Source of the DNA: Nitrosopumilaceae archaeon
GTDB lineage: Archaea; Thermoproteota; Nitrososphaeria; Nitrososphaerales; Nitrosopumilaceae
Reading direction: 5' to 3'
NCBI GenBank assembly: GCA_965208905.1
Contig: OZ242365.1
Coordinates: 512,001 to 576,000, forward strand
Length of the DNA: 64,000 nucleotides
Shown: piece by piece, positions 60,438-64,000 of the stretch
How the letters are laid out: every line of letters starts with the position of its first letter
Position numbering within the stretch: the stretch's first letter is position 1
Notes under the pieces: model-generated
Told to the model about the DNA's origin: nothing
Seen by the model: only the letters and a program-made list of their open reading frames with translations
The model's database searches: none
Made by a program: the position numbers and the translations under genes

Positions 60438-61524
60438 CTAGGGTTTCGGCTTTAGGCGCGCCAGCTTTTGCCTGTATTTTTTATCGTCGCGGTATCCGTA
60501 TAGTTCGCCCCTGGTCAGCATGTGCCAGATGTATTTGGCCATCTTGTTGCCCACAATGCTGCGTGCCACCTTTGGCGGGTGGCTCTTTTTGGCATCCTCG
60601 TAGATGCCCTTCAGATGCGGGTCGTGTTTCCCTGCTATCATGGCTGCCTGCATCATTGTCCATTTCAGGTTGGAGTCTACGTTCTGTATCGTGCGGCCGT
60701 ATTTGATGCTCTCGCCGGACTGGTACGCTCCAGGACACAATCCCGTGAACGATACCAGTTTTTTGGGGGTCGTCGAACCTCTTTATGCCGTCTATGGGCG
60801 CCGCCACCAACAGCGCCCCGAGCGGGCCGAATCCGGGAATACTCATTATGGTTCTGGCATCTTTGTTTTCGTATGCGGCCCCGCAGATGCTCTTCTCCAA
60901 TGTGTCTATCTCTCCGTTCAGATATCTGACGTGTTGTACATACTGCATCATTATTTTTGTGTCGTGCGAATTTAGCGCCAACTTTTCAAGTAACTGTTGG
61001 TGCTTCTCGTTGTGCGTGTTGCCGTGTCCCGTAACTAGTTCATAGTCGTACCTCTCGCACAGGCTGCTCTGTCGGTTCAGGACGCGGGTTCTGTCCCTGA
61101 CCAGTGTGATGCGATGGCGCATCAGATCCAAAAGTCGCCTGGACTCTTTTGGGTAGACGTAGCACTCTGGAACCGCGTTCATTCTGAGCCGGTCCGCCAG
61201 CTTCCTAGCGTTGAGCTTGTCCGTCTTGACGCCGGACTGGGCCATCTTCATTCGAATCGGATTTCCCAAAATGATGGGTATTCTGTGCTCTTCAAACGCT
61301 TCGTATGTCTTCATCCACATTTTTGATGTTGACTCGCACACGGCGCTGCATGTGCCGTACTTTGACAGTACAGTCTTGGCTAATTTGTCTGCATCCTCGC
61401 GCGTATTTTTGTATTTCATCTGCTCCAAAACGTTGCCGCCACTGTCCATGATACAAACGGCGCAGATTCGCTTTCCTATATCGATTCCAACGTATTTTAT
61501 CGTGTCTATTGTTACGCAATTCAT
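60438..61524 (-). pseudogene. IS110-family recombinase with a +1 frameshift at about 60765
   Basis: YVGIDIG, VCEST, KTDKLNA, SIPGFG; extra C in a C5 run, whose removal restores DDPKKLVSFTGLCP...QSG; Shine-Dalgarno AGGAGGTGA upstream. Confidence 0.88.
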
Positions 61525-61539
61525 TTTTTTCTCACCTCC

Positions 61540-61730
61540 TTTTTCTTTTGGTTGGCAAGCAGCAAGGCTACAATCACCTATCAGAGCTCGAAGCCCACTA
61601 AAGTCGTAGCTTGACTGTCCCCATTCACTCCGGAGAGCTCGAAGCCCATGGAAACAAAGGGGTCTGCTTACCGCTCTCCACACGGTGAACGCGAATTTAC
61701 TCGCTTTCACTCTTAGCCAAAGCATCTGAG
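61540..61730 (-). ncRNA. Candidate IS110 bridge RNA in the 5' non-coding end
   Basis: About 200-nt non-coding region with a 15-nt direct repeat TGGGCTTCGAGCTCT (61583-97, 61634-48) and a GGAGAGC/GCTCTCC stem. Confidence 0.5.
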
Positions 61731-61791
61731 CATAGATTTAGCCAACTTTTTGTTCGACCCGGTTATATAGCACCGCGTAAACCCCACAACA

Positions 61792-62790
61792 GTGTCCCTA
61801 ACCTCGTTCTTGACCATAAAGGAAGTCAAAAGCCTCTTCAGGCAAACCTTCGAGTTTAAGCCGGTAAACATGGAGGCGCCGATGAAAGCCCCGCCGCTCA
61901 CGGCCAACCACTCGATCATAGGCAACGCCTTTGACTATCTGGTGAGATTCTGGCTGGAACGGCGCCACAAGGCAGTTAAATCCTACCAGTGGATAGCAGA
62001 GCGTGCTGTAGTTTACCTAAGCGTGGAGAGCGGCGATTACGTACTGGTAAGCGTTGATGGTACGCGGCGGTTGATGCCAACCAAAGAATGGGAAAGCGTG
62101 CAGTCTAAAGGCTGGCCAGCAGGCTACGGACCGACCCGCATCGCCTCCAAACCTGATCCGGCAATTTCAAGGGTTGCTGCCGCTGCGCGAGGCGTGCTAA
62201 AGGCCACAAAAGACGATGCCGCGGCGTATATAGAGTCCGGCGTGGTCACTGATGAACTGCTTCGTTCAGCCCTATTGCTGGGCGGATTGGATGTGGTGTT
62301 CAGGACCAAGCAGGCAAAATACTTCAGCACGTCAACCACCGACAAGGACGTTGAAGACTTGCGCAACCTTTGGAACGTTCTTGAAGAAGGTGATCTGCGC
62401 GATATGACTGAACCGGTGCAGCTCAACCCAACATTCGGTGAGGCATCAGTGATGGTTGGCGGAGCCGATGCCGATTTCATAGCCGGAGATACACTTGTCG
62501 ATGTAAAGACGACAAAAAACGGCCGGTTTACGCGTGACCGCTTTAACCAACTGGCTGGATACTGCGTTCTGGACTACTTGGAGCGGAAACACGGCATGCG
62601 GAACGACGCTAGCCTGAATCGGGCTGGTGTGTATTTTTCCAGGCATGGTACCCTCATGACGGTGGATACGGAACGGATTTACAACGCTCCCGGTTTTGCC
62701 GGTTTTGTCGATGAGTTTTCCAGGCTGGTCAAGGAGAGGCCCTCGTGCGTCATGTCGGTGTCAGTTCAACCCGTGAAAGGGCCACCATAA
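61792..62790 (+). CDS. PD-(D/E)XK nuclease family protein
   Basis: GGADADFI...LVDVKTT...QLAGY. Confidence 0.75.
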   Translation: MSLTSFLTIKEVKSLFRQTFEFKPVNMEAPMKAPPLTANHSIIGNAFDYLVRFWLERRHKAVKSYQWIAERAVVYLSVESGDYVLVSVDGTRRLMPTKEWESVQSKGWPAGYGPTRIASKPDPAISRVAAAARGVLKATKDDAAAYIESGVVTDELLRSALLLGGLDVVFRTKQAKYFSTSTTDKDVEDLRNLWNVLEEGDLRDMTEPVQLNPTFGEASVMVGGADADFIAGDTLVDVKTTKNGRFTRDRFNQLAGYCVLDYLERKHGMRNDASLNRAGVYFSRHGTLMTVDTERIYNAPGFAGFVDEFSRLVKERPSCVMSVSVQPVKGPP

Positions 62791-63243
62791 CCGCATGCAG
62801 ATGTCGGAGAAATGATACGACAAGGTAATAAGCAATAGTGGGACCCTGTCACCAATGGGAAAATATTCTGGAAGCGGCGACAAGGCCGATTTGGACAACC
62901 ACAGTAACCATCTGAATCCCAACCATAAGGAGTACGCTGGTGACGACGAAGACGACGAGTAGAATCGTCCAACCTCTTTCTTTTTTGTTTATGACAGTGG
63001 TGGCGTCACCTGCAGGCCTGGCTCTTGCAACGTCAAACTTTTACAAGTAGCAGCGGTGTTGCCGCGAGTGATAGATGACTGATGTTGATAGTATGCGCGT
63101 TATAAAAAATCGCAAATTTTTAGCGCGCCAGCACCGTCAGACGTAAGTGATCGAATAACTTGCGATGGCGCCTGCCTAAAATTCAAAACCATGTAGCCGG
63201 ATTAGCATGCCAGATCATACAGCAAAAACAATGCAAACACATT

Positions 63244-63525
63244 CTAGAGTTGCTTGTAATCATAATGCAAACAATGTTTGATGTCCTCAATTACCGCTTC
63301 AAACTTGGCCAGCATGTTTTGAGCCACCTCCTGTGTGTAATGGGCATTGGTTACATACCGTTTACCCCCATAATCCACGCCTGATATGCCGAGTCCGGCG
63401 ATCTCATCTTTTGAGAATTTTACGGATTGGCCATCCACGATCATTGGATAGTGCGTGCACTGTTGGTGAATGTATGCAGGGCACATGATATTAACATGTT
63501 TTATCAGCGCAAGCAACGGAACCAA
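63244..63525 (-). CDS. Hypothetical protein (possibly a fragment)
   Basis: ORF only. Confidence 0.3.
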   Translation of the reverse strand: MVPLLALIKHVNIMCPAYIHQQCTHYPMIVDGQSVKFSKDEIAGLGISGVDYGGKRYVTNAHYTQEVAQNMLAKFEAVIEDIKHCLHYDYKQL

Positions 63526-64000
63526 TCTTTTGAATGCTTTATTGTCAACTCAGGCTTATTCTTATACGACATTAGCTTTTTACAAATAGGATCTTGGACT
63601 GCCAACCCGCACGTGGACCTGTTCACGCGCTACGGCACCGAGTTCTTTGCTTCCATGTCAGGCAAGAATCCTGATACTGGGGCGCCTTGCACCAAGGCTA
63701 TCTATGCTGGTGGCAGGCACGAGTACCGGCACATGACCGGGCCAGGCGTCAACGATGTTGGCGGATACGTGTGCCTGGAAGGCTCGCCTTGAAGTGACGA
63801 AACGCGCGAGAGTACGTGCGCCGAGTTTGGACCGCTGAGGTGCCGCAGATGCGTACTAGCGGACAATAGGATCCGATAGTCTATCCGGCGAAGGGTGATG
63901 CCCATGTGGTTTTTGTCAAAGTCCGATGACTTTAGTGCGGTCAGCTGTCCAGAGGCGGGAGAATATACCTGATGTATAGTGTTTTGATGGATCGTATCGT

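Larger units (their letters stand above)
45724..64000. mobile_element. tRNA-Lys-associated genomic island (right boundary not in window)
   Basis: Integrase directly 3' of the tRNA; accessory and IS content, no core genes to the window end; no attR copy found. Confidence 0.75.

Noticed and set aside
61525-61725. 67-aa N-terminal extension of the IS110 ORF
   Set aside because: A strong Shine-Dalgarno precedes ATG 61524; the upstream region is better explained as the non-coding end

Overview
Archaeal chromosomal window whose gene set (aglB, aIF2-gamma, rps6e, priL/priS, TFE, aTrm56, NAC, Nep1, Rpp21, GTP cyclohydrolase III riboflavin operon, class II RNR, UbiD) fits Nitrososphaerota/Nitrosopumilaceae. 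The giant Ig-repeat and pentapeptide surface proteins hint at a host-associated lineage (inference). Positions 1-45.7 kb are core genome punctuated by insertions. From tRNA-Lys (45650-45723) to the window end is a tyrosine-integrase genomic island carrying IS630, a 1686-aa PKD/Ig-repeat protein, a pentapeptide protein, a truncated cysteine desulfurase, an unknown-protein + ThsB-like TIR gene pair, IS110 and a PD-(D/E)XK nuclease. Main discovery: three tnpB-containing elements (18183-19647, 41922-43341, internally deleted 27996-28350) lack a transposase but are bounded by terminal inverted repeats (TIRs) with 8-bp target-site duplications (TSDs), i.e. DDE-type (IS1595/ISNwi1-like and IS6-like) ends instead of IS200/IS605 ends. 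Each tnpB frame stops inside the right TIR. A fourth element with related ends (15014-18166) carries a rolling-circle HUH Rep, a secreted metalloprotease and a likely homologue of a host Zn-finger protein. All calls come from motif reading by eye; no searches were run.
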